This document shows, one piece after another, positions 46,265 through 55,435 of a stretch of 64,000 nucleotides of DNA; the first letter of the stretch is position 1, and each line of letters begins with the position of its first letter. This stretch comes from Bacillota bacterium (lineage in GTDB: Bacteria; Bacillota; Clostridia; Christensenellales; CAG-138). Position numbers and translations under genes: made by a program. The notes below the pieces were generated by a model. The model was not told the DNA's origin, did not search any database, and saw only the letters and a list, made by a program, of their open reading frames with translations. The stretch is taken from positions 30,424 to 94,423 of the forward strand of contig JAEYSE010000032.1 of NCBI GenBank assembly GCA_023435025.1, read 5' to 3'.

Positions 46265-47263
46265 ATGAAGTTGAACGTTTCCCCTTCCCCCCACATCCGC
46301 GCCCCGCAAGATACGCGCTCGCTGATGCGGGATGTGCTCATTGCGCTTGCGCCCGCATGTATTATGGGTGCATATCGCTTTGGCTACCAGGCGCTGTATG
46401 TGCTGCTTCTCTGCACTGCGGCGGCAGTGCTGACCGAGTGGGCATTACAAAAGTTATTAAAGCGTGCCGTCACGATCGGGGATCTTTCCGCGGCGGTTAC
46501 CGGCATCCTCATAGGCATGAACCTGCCGGTTTCTAGCCCGTGGTGGATGTGCGTACTGGGCTCAGTATTCGCAATCGGGCTGGTAAAGGTGCCGTTTGGC
46601 GGCATCGGCAATAATTTCGTGAACCCCGCGCTTGCTGCGCGCGGCTTTCTTTTGGCCAGCTTTCCGGTGCAGATGACGGCATGGACGGCCCCGGTCAATT
46701 CATTCTTAACATCCACAGCGGATGCCGTTTCCACCGCCACGCCGCTTTCCCTGCTGGCGCAGGGCGGAAGCGCGACAGTCGCAGCAACGACGCCAATGCA
46801 GGAGTTTTTTGCGCTCGCTTTGGGGAATAGAGGCGGGTGTATCGGAGAGGTCAGTTCCGTTGCGTTGCTGATCGGGTTTCTCTACCTGCTGATACGCAAT
46901 GTCATCTCCTGGCGTATCCCGCTGATCTATATTGCCACAGTGTTTGTCGGCGTGGCGCTTTTGGGCGGCGGCGCAGGACAGACTGGTTACGCGCCGTTAT
47001 GGGCCGCCGCCATGCATACGGTATCCGGCGGATTGCTGCTTGGCGCGTGCTTTATGGCGACGGATTACTCCACGTCCCCCGTCACCCCCAAGGGACAGCT
47101 GATCTACGCACTGGGCTGCGGGCTACTTACGGTGGTCATCCGCCTGTATGGCGGGTACCCGGAGGGCGTTAGCTACTCCATACTCATCATGAACCTGTGT
47201 GTGCCGCTCATTGAGCGCTATATGCGCGCGCGGGTCTACGGGGAGGTAAAGCGCCATGCGTGA
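46265..47263 (+). CDS. rnfD: Rnf complex subunit D
   Basis: The start is set at MKLNVSPSPHIR. It has the FMN-attachment-type motif FMATDYSTSP. Confidence 0.92.
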   Translation: MKLNVSPSPHIRAPQDTRSLMRDVLIALAPACIMGAYRFGYQALYVLLLCTAAAVLTEWALQKLLKRAVTIGDLSAAVTGILIGMNLPVSSPWWMCVLGSVFAIGLVKVPFGGIGNNFVNPALAARGFLLASFPVQMTAWTAPVNSFLTSTADAVSTATPLSLLAQGGSATVAATTPMQEFFALALGNRGGCIGEVSSVALLIGFLYLLIRNVISWRIPLIYIATVFVGVALLGGGAGQTGYAPLWAAAMHTVSGGLLLGACFMATDYSTSPVTPKGQLIYALGCGLLTVVIRLYGGYPEGVSYSILIMNLCVPLIERYMRARVYGEVKRHA

Positions 47264-47801
47264 TCTTTTACATCTGGGAGGACGGCTGTTTTTGATTTCG
47301 TTAATCGCTGGACTTGCGCTGGGCGCAACCTATTTTGTAACAAAAGATCCGATCGCGGATCAGACACGCCTTGCTGCGGAAGCCGCACGCGCTGAGGTGT
47401 TTGAAGGGACTTTCGCACAGGATACGCAGGAAAAGCTGCCCGGAAACATAAAAACCTTGTACTTGGCCAAGGGCGAACAGGACGGCTATGTGATGGAAGT
47501 GGAGGCAACCGGCTACGGCGGCATATTCACCGTAACGGTGGGCGTAACGATGGACGGCGTGATCACAGGCGTTGTGGTAGGCGACAACAGCGAAACGCCG
47601 GGCTTAGGTAAAAACGCGCAAAATCCCGAGTTCGCCGCACAGTTTGTTGGCAAGGACGGACCCATTTCTGTGAAAAAGGGCGGCGGTGCCAGTGGGAATG
47701 AAGTAGACGCGTTAACCGGTGCCACCATTACCGCCCAGGCTGTAGTGAACGCCGTAAACGAAGCGCGTGAGTTCGCGCTTACGATTGGAGGGCAGTCATG
47801 A
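47256..47801 (+). CDS. rnfG: Rnf complex subunit G
   Basis: The 181-aa ORF has an FMN-binding domain and the motif VDALTGATIT. Confidence 0.9.
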   Translation: MRDLLHLGGRLFLISLIAGLALGATYFVTKDPIADQTRLAAEAARAEVFEGTFAQDTQEKLPGNIKTLYLAKGEQDGYVMEVEATGYGGIFTVTVGVTMDGVITGVVVGDNSETPGLGKNAQNPEFAAQFVGKDGPISVKKGGGASGNEVDALTGATITAQAVVNAVNEAREFALTIGGQS

Positions 47802-48460
47802 AAGCGCTCAAAGTCGTAATTAACGGCATATGGAAGGAAAACCCCACATTCCGCCTGCTTTTGGGCATGTGCCCCACGCTTGCGGTTTCTACCGCAGCAA
47901 TAAACGGTGTGGGTATGGGGCTTGCCGCAACATTCGTGCTGATATGCTCCAACGTATTCGTGTCCTTGCTGCGCAACTTTATCCCAACCAGGGTGCGTAT
48001 CCCCGCGTATGTAGTCATTATCGCGTCGTTTACGACGATTGTGGAGCTGTTGTTAAAGGCGTTTGTCCCCTCGCTAGACAAGGCGCTGGGGCTGTATATC
48101 CCGCTCATCGTCGTCAACTGCATTATACTCGCACGCGCAGAGGCTTTCGCAAGCTCCAATACCCCAATTATGAGCGCGCTCGATGGATTGGGCATGGGCC
48201 TTGGCTTTACGGCGGCGTTGACGTTCTTCGCTTCCATACGCGAGCTGATCGGCGCGGGCAGCATATTCGGCATTTCAGTGCTTGGTGACGGTTATGTCCC
48301 GGTGGTCATCATGCTGCTTGCACCCGGCGGGTTTATTACGCTGGGTTTGGTGCTGGGGGCTCTGAACGCCCTCTCCAACAAGAAAAAGAAGGGAGTGAAC
48401 AGCAATGACATGGCTTGTAAGGCTTGCCCTCATAGCGATCACTGCGGCGCTGGTCAATAA
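47798..48460 (+). CDS. rnfE: Rnf complex subunit E
   Basis: The 220-aa ORF has the RnfE/NqrD pattern (NPTFRLLLGMCPTLAV). Its 3' end overlaps rnfA by 56 nt. Confidence 0.9.
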   Translation: MKALKVVINGIWKENPTFRLLLGMCPTLAVSTAAINGVGMGLAATFVLICSNVFVSLLRNFIPTRVRIPAYVVIIASFTTIVELLLKAFVPSLDKALGLYIPLIVVNCIILARAEAFASSNTPIMSALDGLGMGLGFTAALTFFASIRELIGAGSIFGISVLGDGYVPVVIMLLAPGGFITLGLVLGALNALSNKKKKGVNSNDMACKACPHSDHCGAGQ

Positions 48461-48992
48461 CTTTGTTCTGGTGCGGTTTTTGGGCATCTGCCCCTTCTTA
48501 GGCGTATCCCAAAACGTAAAATCCGCCTCCGGTATGGGTATGGCCGTGACATTCGTCATGGGCATGGCTTCTCTGTTTACATGGATGATCCAGCAGTGGG
48601 TGCTTGAACCTTTGGGCATCGGCTTCATGCAGACCATCGCCTTTATTTTGACCATCGCGGCGCTGGTTCAGTTTGTGGAGATGGTGCTTCAAAAGACGAA
48701 CCAGACGCTCTACAAGGCGCTGGGCGTATATCTCCCGCTCATCACCACCAACTGCGCGGTGTTGGGCGTCGCAATACTTAACATAGAGCAAAACTACACG
48801 CTTATAGAGAGCGTGGTAAACGGCGTGTTTGGCGGCGTGGGCTTCACCATCGCCATCGTGCTGATGGCGGGCGTGCGCGAAAAGCTGGAAAACGCCGAAA
48901 TACCTAAAGCCTTGCGCGGTTTCCCCATTACGCTTCTGGCGGCTGGGCTGATGGCGATTGCATTTATGGGTTTTTCCGGTTTGGGCCGATAA
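48405..48992 (+). CDS. rnfA: Rnf complex subunit A
   Basis: The 195-aa ORF has the RnfA/NqrE pattern (VNNFVLVRFLGICPFLGVS). GGGAG lies upstream. Confidence 0.9.
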   Translation: MTWLVRLALIAITAALVNNFVLVRFLGICPFLGVSQNVKSASGMGMAVTFVMGMASLFTWMIQQWVLEPLGIGFMQTIAFILTIAALVQFVEMVLQKTNQTLYKALGVYLPLITTNCAVLGVAILNIEQNYTLIESVVNGVFGGVGFTIAIVLMAGVREKLENAEIPKALRGFPITLLAAGLMAIAFMGFSGLGR

Positions 48993-49001
48993 GGAGGAAC
49001 A

Positions 49002-49817
49002 ATGACTTCGATTATATGGATCAGCGCGGGAGCAGTCGCCCTTCTTGGGCTGCTGCTGGGGGTGGCGCTGAGTGTGGCCGGAAAGTTCTTTTCCGTAAAA
49101 AGGGATGAGCGTATCGATGCGGTACGGGAACTATTGCCCGGCGCAAACTGCGGCGCTTGTGGCTATCCCGGTTGCGACGGGCTCGCAACCGCGATCGCAA
49201 CGGAAGGCGCAGCCGTTAATCTGTGTACCGTCAACACTGCTGAAAACGCATTGAAGATCGCGGAGTTGATGGGTGCCGACGAAAGCGGAATACAGCCGCT
49301 GATCGCGCATGTGCAGTGCCGCGGAACGCTTGACAATACGCAATTGAAATTTAATTATGAAGGGCTTTCGGATTGCGCCGCCGCAATGGCCATTGCCGAC
49401 GGCACCAAAAGTTGCCCCATGAGCTGCCTGGGCTTTGGAAACTGCGCGCGGGTCTGCCCTGTGGACGCCATCACAATCATCAACGGTCTCTCTACAATCG
49501 ATCACAGCCGCTGCATTACCTGCGGCAAATGCGTTGCGGAATGCCCGCGCCACATCATACGCCTGCTGCCAAAAAACAGCGTGGTGCGCGTGGACTGTTC
49601 CAACGTGCTCAAAGGCAAGGCGGTAAGCGAGAACTGCAAGGTCGGCTGCATTGGCTGCAGTATCTGCGCAAAAAGCTGCAAGTACGACGCAATCACCATG
49701 GTGAACGATCTGCCGGTATTCGACTACGAAAAATGCGTGGGCTGCATGGAGTGCGCAAAAAAATGCCCGCGCCAGATCATCTGGGGCACGGACAGCCCGC
49801 AAATGCAATCCGTCTGA
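49002..49817 (+). CDS. rnfB: Rnf complex subunit B (polyferredoxin)
   Basis: It has an N-terminal TM segment, CGACGYPGCDG, and several CxxCxxCxxxCP motifs. Confidence 0.92.
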   Translation: MTSIIWISAGAVALLGLLLGVALSVAGKFFSVKRDERIDAVRELLPGANCGACGYPGCDGLATAIATEGAAVNLCTVNTAENALKIAELMGADESGIQPLIAHVQCRGTLDNTQLKFNYEGLSDCAAAMAIADGTKSCPMSCLGFGNCARVCPVDAITIINGLSTIDHSRCITCGKCVAECPRHIIRLLPKNSVVRVDCSNVLKGKAVSENCKVGCIGCSICAKSCKYDAITMVNDLPVFDYEKCVGCMECAKKCPRQIIWGTDSPQMQSV

Positions 49818-49845
49818 AAGATGCAGCATATTGTTACAAAAATTA

Positions 49846-49880
49846 AGCGGGTGATTTTTAAAATCCCCCGCTTTTCATTT
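49846..49880 (+). terminator. Terminator after rnfB
   Basis: The stem is AGCGGGTGATTT / AAATCCCCCGCT followed by TTTTCATTT. Confidence 0.75.
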
Positions 49881-49978
49881 ACTTTCAATACTATTGCCAA
49901 ATCGGTGATAATTCGGCACCGCTGTATTTGGAACTACCTAAGCCCAGCGGATGAAGCCCAACTCTAACGCTGGCTTAT

Positions 49979-51256
49979 TTATATCCCCCAGAACAGCCAG
50001 ATCAACACATAACCGGAAAACACGGCGGCGAGCGTGAAGGGTACGCTGACCTTCATGAAATCCTGGGCCTTGACCTCGTGCCCTTCCTTGCGCAGGATAC
50101 CAAGGCCGGCGATGTTTGCGGAGGCCCCAATCGGCGTAAGGTTTCCGCCCAACGTCGCGCCGGCGAGCAGTCCAAAGTACAATACCGTGGGATCAACGCC
50201 CATGATCTGCGCAATGCCTGAAGTAACCGGCAGCATGGTCGCGATGTACGGAATGTTGTCGATAAACGCGGAAAGCAGCACGGAAGTCCAGACTAAAAGC
50301 GTATACATCAGGAACACGTTGTTGTTGCTGATGCTCACGAATATCCGGCTGACTTCGGTGATCACGCCCGCTTCCGTAATGCCCGCAATGACGACAAACA
50401 GCCCGGCCAGCAGCAGCAGGGTGAAATAATCAATTTCCTTGACCGTATCTTTAATGAACGCAACCCGCTTTTTAAACAGCTCCCGCACAATGCCGATCAG
50501 GAACAATCCCACGCAGATATATCCATTGATGTTTTGTGGTTTGTTGGGCAAGAAAGAGGCCAGTATCAACAACACAATGGTAGATACAAGAAGTACGGTT
50601 GGAAAATAATCCTTTACCACAGTGCGCTCACCCACGCTGATGGGCTGGCGTTGTTTCCTAAATACAAACAGCAGCACAAACGCGGAAGCAATTGCTCCAA
50701 TCTGAACCACAAAGAACATGCCAGGTCGGTTCTGGTAGAAGAAAAAGTCCAGGAAATCCATGTTGGCGTAACCGCCCAGCAGTATGGATGTGGTGTCTCC
50801 AACCAGTGTGGCCGCGCCCTGCAGGTTGGATGAAATGGCGATTGCGATAATGGGCATTACGGGCGAAATTTTAAGCTTTTTTGAAATATCCACCGCCACG
50901 GGCGCAACCATGAGCACAGTCGCCACATTGTCCACAAACGCGGAAATGAGGCCTGCAAACAGGGCCAGCGCGATAATTGCCCACCTGACATCAGGCATTT
51001 TATCCAATATCATATCCGCAAGTAACGCGGGCATCTTGGAATCAATAAACAATGCCACAATACCCATGGTACCGAAAATCATCATGATTACATTCCAGTC
51101 GATGGCGGAAAATATCTTGTTGGCCGGTAGAATCCCCAGTATAACGAACATCGCCGCAGAAACGAGCGCGATATAAGCACGCACCTTTGGGAAAGCGATG
51201 AGGCATACATAGGTCACAAGAAACAGAATCAGCGCAAGAGTCATTTTGAAAACCAC
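49979..51256 (-). CDS. ArsB/NhaD-superfamily ion transporter
   Basis: The 425-aa polytopic ORF has an internal repeat architecture typical of CitMHS/ArsB/NhaD permeases. Confidence 0.7.
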   Translation of the reverse strand: MVFKMTLALILFLVTYVCLIAFPKVRAYIALVSAAMFVILGILPANKIFSAIDWNVIMMIFGTMGIVALFIDSKMPALLADMILDKMPDVRWAIIALALFAGLISAFVDNVATVLMVAPVAVDISKKLKISPVMPIIAIAISSNLQGAATLVGDTTSILLGGYANMDFLDFFFYQNRPGMFFVVQIGAIASAFVLLFVFRKQRQPISVGERTVVKDYFPTVLLVSTIVLLILASFLPNKPQNINGYICVGLFLIGIVRELFKKRVAFIKDTVKEIDYFTLLLLAGLFVVIAGITEAGVITEVSRIFVSISNNNVFLMYTLLVWTSVLLSAFIDNIPYIATMLPVTSGIAQIMGVDPTVLYFGLLAGATLGGNLTPIGASANIAGLGILRKEGHEVKAQDFMKVSVPFTLAAVFSGYVLIWLFWGI

Positions 51257-51306
51257 CTCCGTATTATATAAGCCAGGACATCTGCCCTGTCCTATTCACA
51301 CATCCC

Positions 51307-51951
51307 CTATCTTGATTTCAAAAGTATCAGATCATCGTCGGCATACAGTTCCGTTTTTGCATCCAGAACCGCGATTACCTCAGAATTCCGGATAATAGCA
51401 ATGATATTGATGCCTTCCGTCTGCCTCAGGCGCAGCTTTTCCAAGCTTTTTCCCACCCAGTTCGGAAGGGGTTTCATTTCGATGATGTCATATTTTTCAG
51501 ATCGATGGATGGATTCCATGAGCCCGTTTGTAATCAGGCTGTAAGCGACCCTCTCCCCCATCTCCTTTTCAGGCAATATCACGCGGTCCACGCCGATGGA
51601 CTCCAAAATAAGTTTCTGGCGCGAACCGTTTGCCTTTGCAATGATGCAGGGCACCTTGAGTTCTTTTAATATCGTCGCGGTGACGGCAGCCGCCTCAAAA
51701 TCGGCGCTAAACGCGATGATGACCACATCAAAGTTTCCTATTCCCAATTTTTCCAGAACGGCCTTGTCGGAAGCGTCCGCTTGTACGGCATGCGTAGCAA
51801 AATCCGCAGCCTCGTGTACCAAATGCTCATCGATATCGCAGCAGAGCACATGGTGGCCGTTCTCAAACAGCGTGCATGCGAGGCCTCGGCCAAACTTTCC
51901 AAGGCCAAGTATGGCAAACTGCGTGTTTTCATCAACAGTAATCTTATACAT
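51307..51951 (-). CDS. trkA: K+ uptake system NAD-binding subunit (TrkA/KtrA)
   Basis: The 214-aa ORF has FAILGLGKFG (Rossmann, TrkA-N) plus a TrkA-C domain. Confidence 0.88.
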   Translation of the reverse strand: MYKITVDENTQFAILGLGKFGRGLACTLFENGHHVLCCDIDEHLVHEAADFATHAVQADASDKAVLEKLGIGNFDVVIIAFSADFEAAAVTATILKELKVPCIIAKANGSRQKLILESIGVDRVILPEKEMGERVAYSLITNGLMESIHRSEKYDIIEMKPLPNWVGKSLEKLRLRQTEGINIIAIIRNSEVIAVLDAKTELYADDDLILLKSR

Positions 51952-51980
51952 CAGCTTTTACCACCTTATATACTGTTTCA

Positions 51981-53372
51981 TTAACCGATCATAACGTCTT
52001 CATCCGGATATTGGATGCGCTCGTTTACAGTGCTTGTTCGTTGCTGGAGTGAAAGTATGATGGTGATTGGCCCAATCCTTCCGACATACATGCACAGCAT
52101 CAAAAGCAGCTTCCCAAAGGGGGAAAGAAAAGGCGTGATGCCCGTGGATACCCCAACTGTACCCAGCGCCGAAGCCACTTCAAAGAGTAGATCCGCAGGG
52201 GTATGGGCAAATGTGGAGGCGCGCTCCGTAACCGCCAGTATCACTCCTCCGCCCATCCACAGCAGCAGCATAATCACGATAATGGTCAGTGCCCGTTGCA
52301 GCGTAAGCACCGGTAGAGTCCTTCCAAATGCATACATGTTCCGCCTGCCGCTCAACGTGCTCCATACGCTTAAGAACAAAATAGCAACGGTAACAGTCTT
52401 CATGCCGCCCGCCGTCCCGCCCGGCGACCCGCCTATGAGCATCAGGATGCTGGATATCATTTTGGAGGTTTCGCTCAACCCGTTCTGGGCTATGGTAAAA
52501 AACCCTGCCGTGCGCAACGTAATGGACTGAAAGAAGGAGCATATGATCTTACCGCCAACCGAAAGCGGCCCCAACGTTTCTGGATTATTGTACTCCGAAA
52601 TGAAAAAGTAGGCTGCACCACCTACAATGAGTACCGCGGTTGCAATAAGCGCAAGCCTGGAATGCAATGAAAGCCTGTGTTTCCTTTTAATATCCGGCTT
52701 TAGTCTGTATTTGATCTTCAGGCCCACATCCCGCCACACAGAAAAACCGATACCACCCATCACAATGAGACCCATAATGACCAAGTTAATGACGGGATCG
52801 GTCGCATAGGGCATCAGGCTGAATTCACCTAAATTATCGAACCCCGCGTTGCAGAAAGCGGAAACCGCGTGAAACACGCCGTTTGCAATCGCGTCGTACC
52901 AGACGAAGCCCTTATCGAGAAACGAGAATGTCAGTATCAGCGCGCCTATGCCCTCGCAAAAGAATGTTCCGCGGATGACCAACAAGACCAGGCGTACCAT
53001 GCCGCTCAAGTCGTTGATATTGAACGTGGCCTGTACAGTCAGACGGTCTTTTAACGTCACCTTCCTGCCAAGGTAGACAATAAAGAAAGTAAATATGGTG
53101 ACTAAGCTGAGCCCGCCGATCTGAATCAGCAACAATATGACAATCTTTCCGAAAATGCTCCATGTCGTGGCGGTAACAAGCGGAACCAGCCCTGTAACGC
53201 AAACCGCCGAGGTAGCGGTGAAGAATGCGTCCAGCGCAGATACTTCCACTCCCGGCTGGTGCGAGATAGGAAGCCACAAAAGCAGGCCGCCGAACACAAT
53301 CACCGTCAGAAAGCTGATGGCGATTATTCTGGGAGTAGACATGTTCTTCTGTAATCTTGCAAGCGCCTTCAT
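51981..53372 (-). CDS. trkH: K+ uptake system membrane subunit (TrkH/KtrB)
   Basis: The 463-aa ORF has repeated selectivity-filter-like segments (CVTGL, NAGF, RTAGF, GTVGVSTG). Confidence 0.88.
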   Translation of the reverse strand: MKALARLQKNMSTPRIIAISFLTVIVFGGLLLWLPISHQPGVEVSALDAFFTATSAVCVTGLVPLVTATTWSIFGKIVILLLIQIGGLSLVTIFTFFIVYLGRKVTLKDRLTVQATFNINDLSGMVRLVLLVIRGTFFCEGIGALILTFSFLDKGFVWYDAIANGVFHAVSAFCNAGFDNLGEFSLMPYATDPVINLVIMGLIVMGGIGFSVWRDVGLKIKYRLKPDIKRKHRLSLHSRLALIATAVLIVGGAAYFFISEYNNPETLGPLSVGGKIICSFFQSITLRTAGFFTIAQNGLSETSKMISSILMLIGGSPGGTAGGMKTVTVAILFLSVWSTLSGRRNMYAFGRTLPVLTLQRALTIIVIMLLLWMGGGVILAVTERASTFAHTPADLLFEVASALGTVGVSTGITPFLSPFGKLLLMLCMYVGRIGPITIILSLQQRTSTVNERIQYPDEDVMIG

Positions 53373-53416
53373 TCGATATTGCCTTATCTGATCTCTTTCG
53401 TAATACTGCCTGTACT

Positions 53417-53446
53417 ATTATACTCGCTTGAACAGCACCCTGTCCA
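53417..53446 (-). promoter_or_regulatory. Sigma-A promoter for trkH-trkA
   Basis: The reverse strand reads TGGACA, an 18-nt spacer, then TATAAT. Confidence 0.6.
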
Positions 53447-53568
53447 TAAATGTCTTGAACTACTCGGATTGGGTAATGGACTCAAAAACGTACCAAATGG
53501 GCCGCTTTTCCTTCTAGGACAACGATCTCTCCTCATAGTATGACAGTAGCAATAACGGGAGGTAATAT

Positions 53569-53784
53569 ATGGGACGTCTCGCTGTGCAATATTCCGTCCC
53601 GGAAGAAAAGCTCGCGTGGAGCCACCCGCTGCTACGGCTTGTCATGCTCAAATCACTCAAAGCGCAGGGCGTTATTCCGGAGGCGATCTATATGCGCTGC
53701 CTCGAGCAGCTTGACTTGTCGGATGGCTACGATGCGCAAAAAGAGCGGGTGGCTGGAACGATAAAATATGAAGCCGAGCATTGA
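53569..53784 (+). CDS. 71-aa hypothetical protein immediately upstream of the recombinase (candidate accessory factor / RDF)
   Basis: GGGAGG lies 6 nt before the ATG. It overlaps the recombinase start by 17 nt. I recognise no motif. Confidence 0.5.
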   Translation: MGRLAVQYSVPEEKLAWSHPLLRLVMLKSLKAQGVIPEAIYMRCLEQLDLSDGYDAQKERVAGTIKYEAEH

Positions 53785-55435
53785 GAACATGCGCGCCCAG
53801 CTTATTTGGGGAAAGCGGCTGGCGGATATCCCTTTGAGAGCGACGTATTACGCACGGGTCAGCACGGACAGGGACGAGCAGTTGAGTAGCCTGTATAACC
53901 AGAAGGCTTATTTTGAAGAGAAAATACGCGCAAACCCGGCGTGGATATTCGTGCCGGGGTATGTGGACGAAGGCGTGACGGGTACTTCTACAAAAAAGCG
54001 GACGGAATTCTTACGCATGGTGGCGGACGCCAAAGCCGGGTTGTTCGATCTCATATTGACCAAGGAAGTTTCCCGCTTTGCGCGCGATCTGCTGGACTCT
54101 ATCGCCTATACCCGGGAGCTTCTGCATTATGATGTTGGCGTGGTGTTTGAGGACACGGGCTTAAACACCATTGACGCCGATTCCGAATTCCGCCTTGCCA
54201 TTATGGCGACCGTCGCACAGGAAGAATCGCGCAAGCTATCCGAGCGCGTAAAATTTGGCTGGAAGCGCGCACAGGAGGCCGGAAAGCGCCATGGCGCCGT
54301 AGCACCCGTGGGGTATGTGTTCAACAACAAAATCAACGGCTACGACATCGACCCGGAGACCGCTCCGGCTGTACAATATATTTACCGGCGCTATGCGGAG
54401 AATATTGTAGGCACTCGCACCATTGCGCAGGAGCTCAAGGACCGGGGCTATGTTAACCTGAGCGGGAACGCGTACTACCCGAGCACCATACGCCGCATCA
54501 TTGAAAACCCGCTATACAAGGGGTATATCGTAAGCCGAAAATCCGTAAGCATCTCCTACCGCAGCCAAAAAAAGCAATATAACCCTCCTGTGGAATGGCT
54601 GCTGCATTATGATCCTTGCCGCGTACCGCCGCTTGTTACGGAGGATGAATGGGACGCCGCGAACCGCGTAGCACGTTTGCGCGGTGAGTTCATGAAAGGG
54701 ATCGACTGCGGCGCTTATCATAAATCGGGTGGCAAGTATCCGTACACGGGCAAGATTTTTTGCTCCGCCCATCATTGCAATTATCAACGTGCACAGCAGC
54801 AGTGGAACGCTGACGGTGAACCAAAAAAGCGGAGTTATTGGCGCTGTGCCTGCTACAAACGCCCGGAACAGCCCTCCATCTGCGACGCACCGCGCCTGTA
54901 TACGGACCAACTGGACAGAATGATGCGCGAGCTTTTTCGAATACTGATTGACGAAAGTTTGGGCTCATCCCTGCCCGATGTGGTAAAAAGCGCGCTTTCT
55001 GCCCGGGATTGTTCTGCCAAACCGGAAAAGTTTACACAACGGCTGTTGCAGCTTCAAAACAAAAAAGCCAAATTGGTAAAAGGCTGGCTGGACGGCGTGA
55101 TACAGGATGCGGATTATCGCGTTTTGGATCAGGAAATCAGCGGGAAAATCGCAGCACTTGAAGCACAAAAAATGTGCAATCCCGTGCCGGAACAGGTAGA
55201 TTTAGTCGATCTTGAACGGAGTATGCATGAAAACGCCGCCATCAATACGCCGGAAGCGCTCGAAGAACTCATACGCTGCCTAGTACATCAAATACGGGTG
55301 GAACCCGTCCCGGACGAAGCGGGGGCGTATATTCTTAAAGTTGTACTCGATATTCCGGGCGTTGCCTTTTCCGGCACGGAACGCTTTGTGGTTTGTGACC
55401 CGAAAGGGAACTTGCCGCGGGGGTCCGGTACCTGA
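53768..55435 (+). CDS. Large serine recombinase (SpoIVCA/SprA/TnpX class)
   Basis: The 555-aa ORF has an N-terminal resolvase catalytic domain (YARVSTDRDEQ, SRFARD, EESRKLSERVK). It also has a recombinase domain, a Cys-rich zinc-ribbon region (CSAHHCNY...YWRCACY) and a coiled-coil tail. The last 26 nt lie beyond the attR core. Confidence 0.9.
   Translation: MKPSIENMRAQLIWGKRLADIPLRATYYARVSTDRDEQLSSLYNQKAYFEEKIRANPAWIFVPGYVDEGVTGTSTKKRTEFLRMVADAKAGLFDLILTKEVSRFARDLLDSIAYTRELLHYDVGVVFEDTGLNTIDADSEFRLAIMATVAQEESRKLSERVKFGWKRAQEAGKRHGAVAPVGYVFNNKINGYDIDPETAPAVQYIYRRYAENIVGTRTIAQELKDRGYVNLSGNAYYPSTIRRIIENPLYKGYIVSRKSVSISYRSQKKQYNPPVEWLLHYDPCRVPPLVTEDEWDAANRVARLRGEFMKGIDCGAYHKSGGKYPYTGKIFCSAHHCNYQRAQQQWNADGEPKKRSYWRCACYKRPEQPSICDAPRLYTDQLDRMMRELFRILIDESLGSSLPDVVKSALSARDCSAKPEKFTQRLLQLQNKKAKLVKGWLDGVIQDADYRVLDQEISGKIAALEAQKMCNPVPEQVDLVDLERSMHENAAINTPEALEELIRCLVHQIRVEPVPDEAGAYILKVVLDIPGVAFSGTERFVVCDPKGNLPRGSGT
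55388..55430 (+). other. attR junction with element-side half-site GTGGTTTGTGACC (55388-55400) and GA core at 55408-55409
   Basis: It is the inverted repeat of the left-end half-site (12/13 match) at the same 7-nt distance from GA. Confidence 0.75.

Larger units (their letters stand above)
42164..55409 (+). mobile_element. cotJC-intervening element, 13,246 bp, serine-recombinase type (skin/SPbeta-like architecture, non-phage cargo)
   Basis: It separates two contiguous in-frame halves of cotJC. It has terminal inverted repeats and a shared GA dinucleotide. A large serine recombinase gene sits at the right end. Confidence 0.8.

Noticed and set aside
53373-53568. I looked for a c-di-AMP (ydaO/kimA-type) riboswitch upstream of trkH-trkA
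   Set aside because: The predicted sigma-A promoter leaves only a ~40-nt leader. None of the conserved ydaO blocks are visible.
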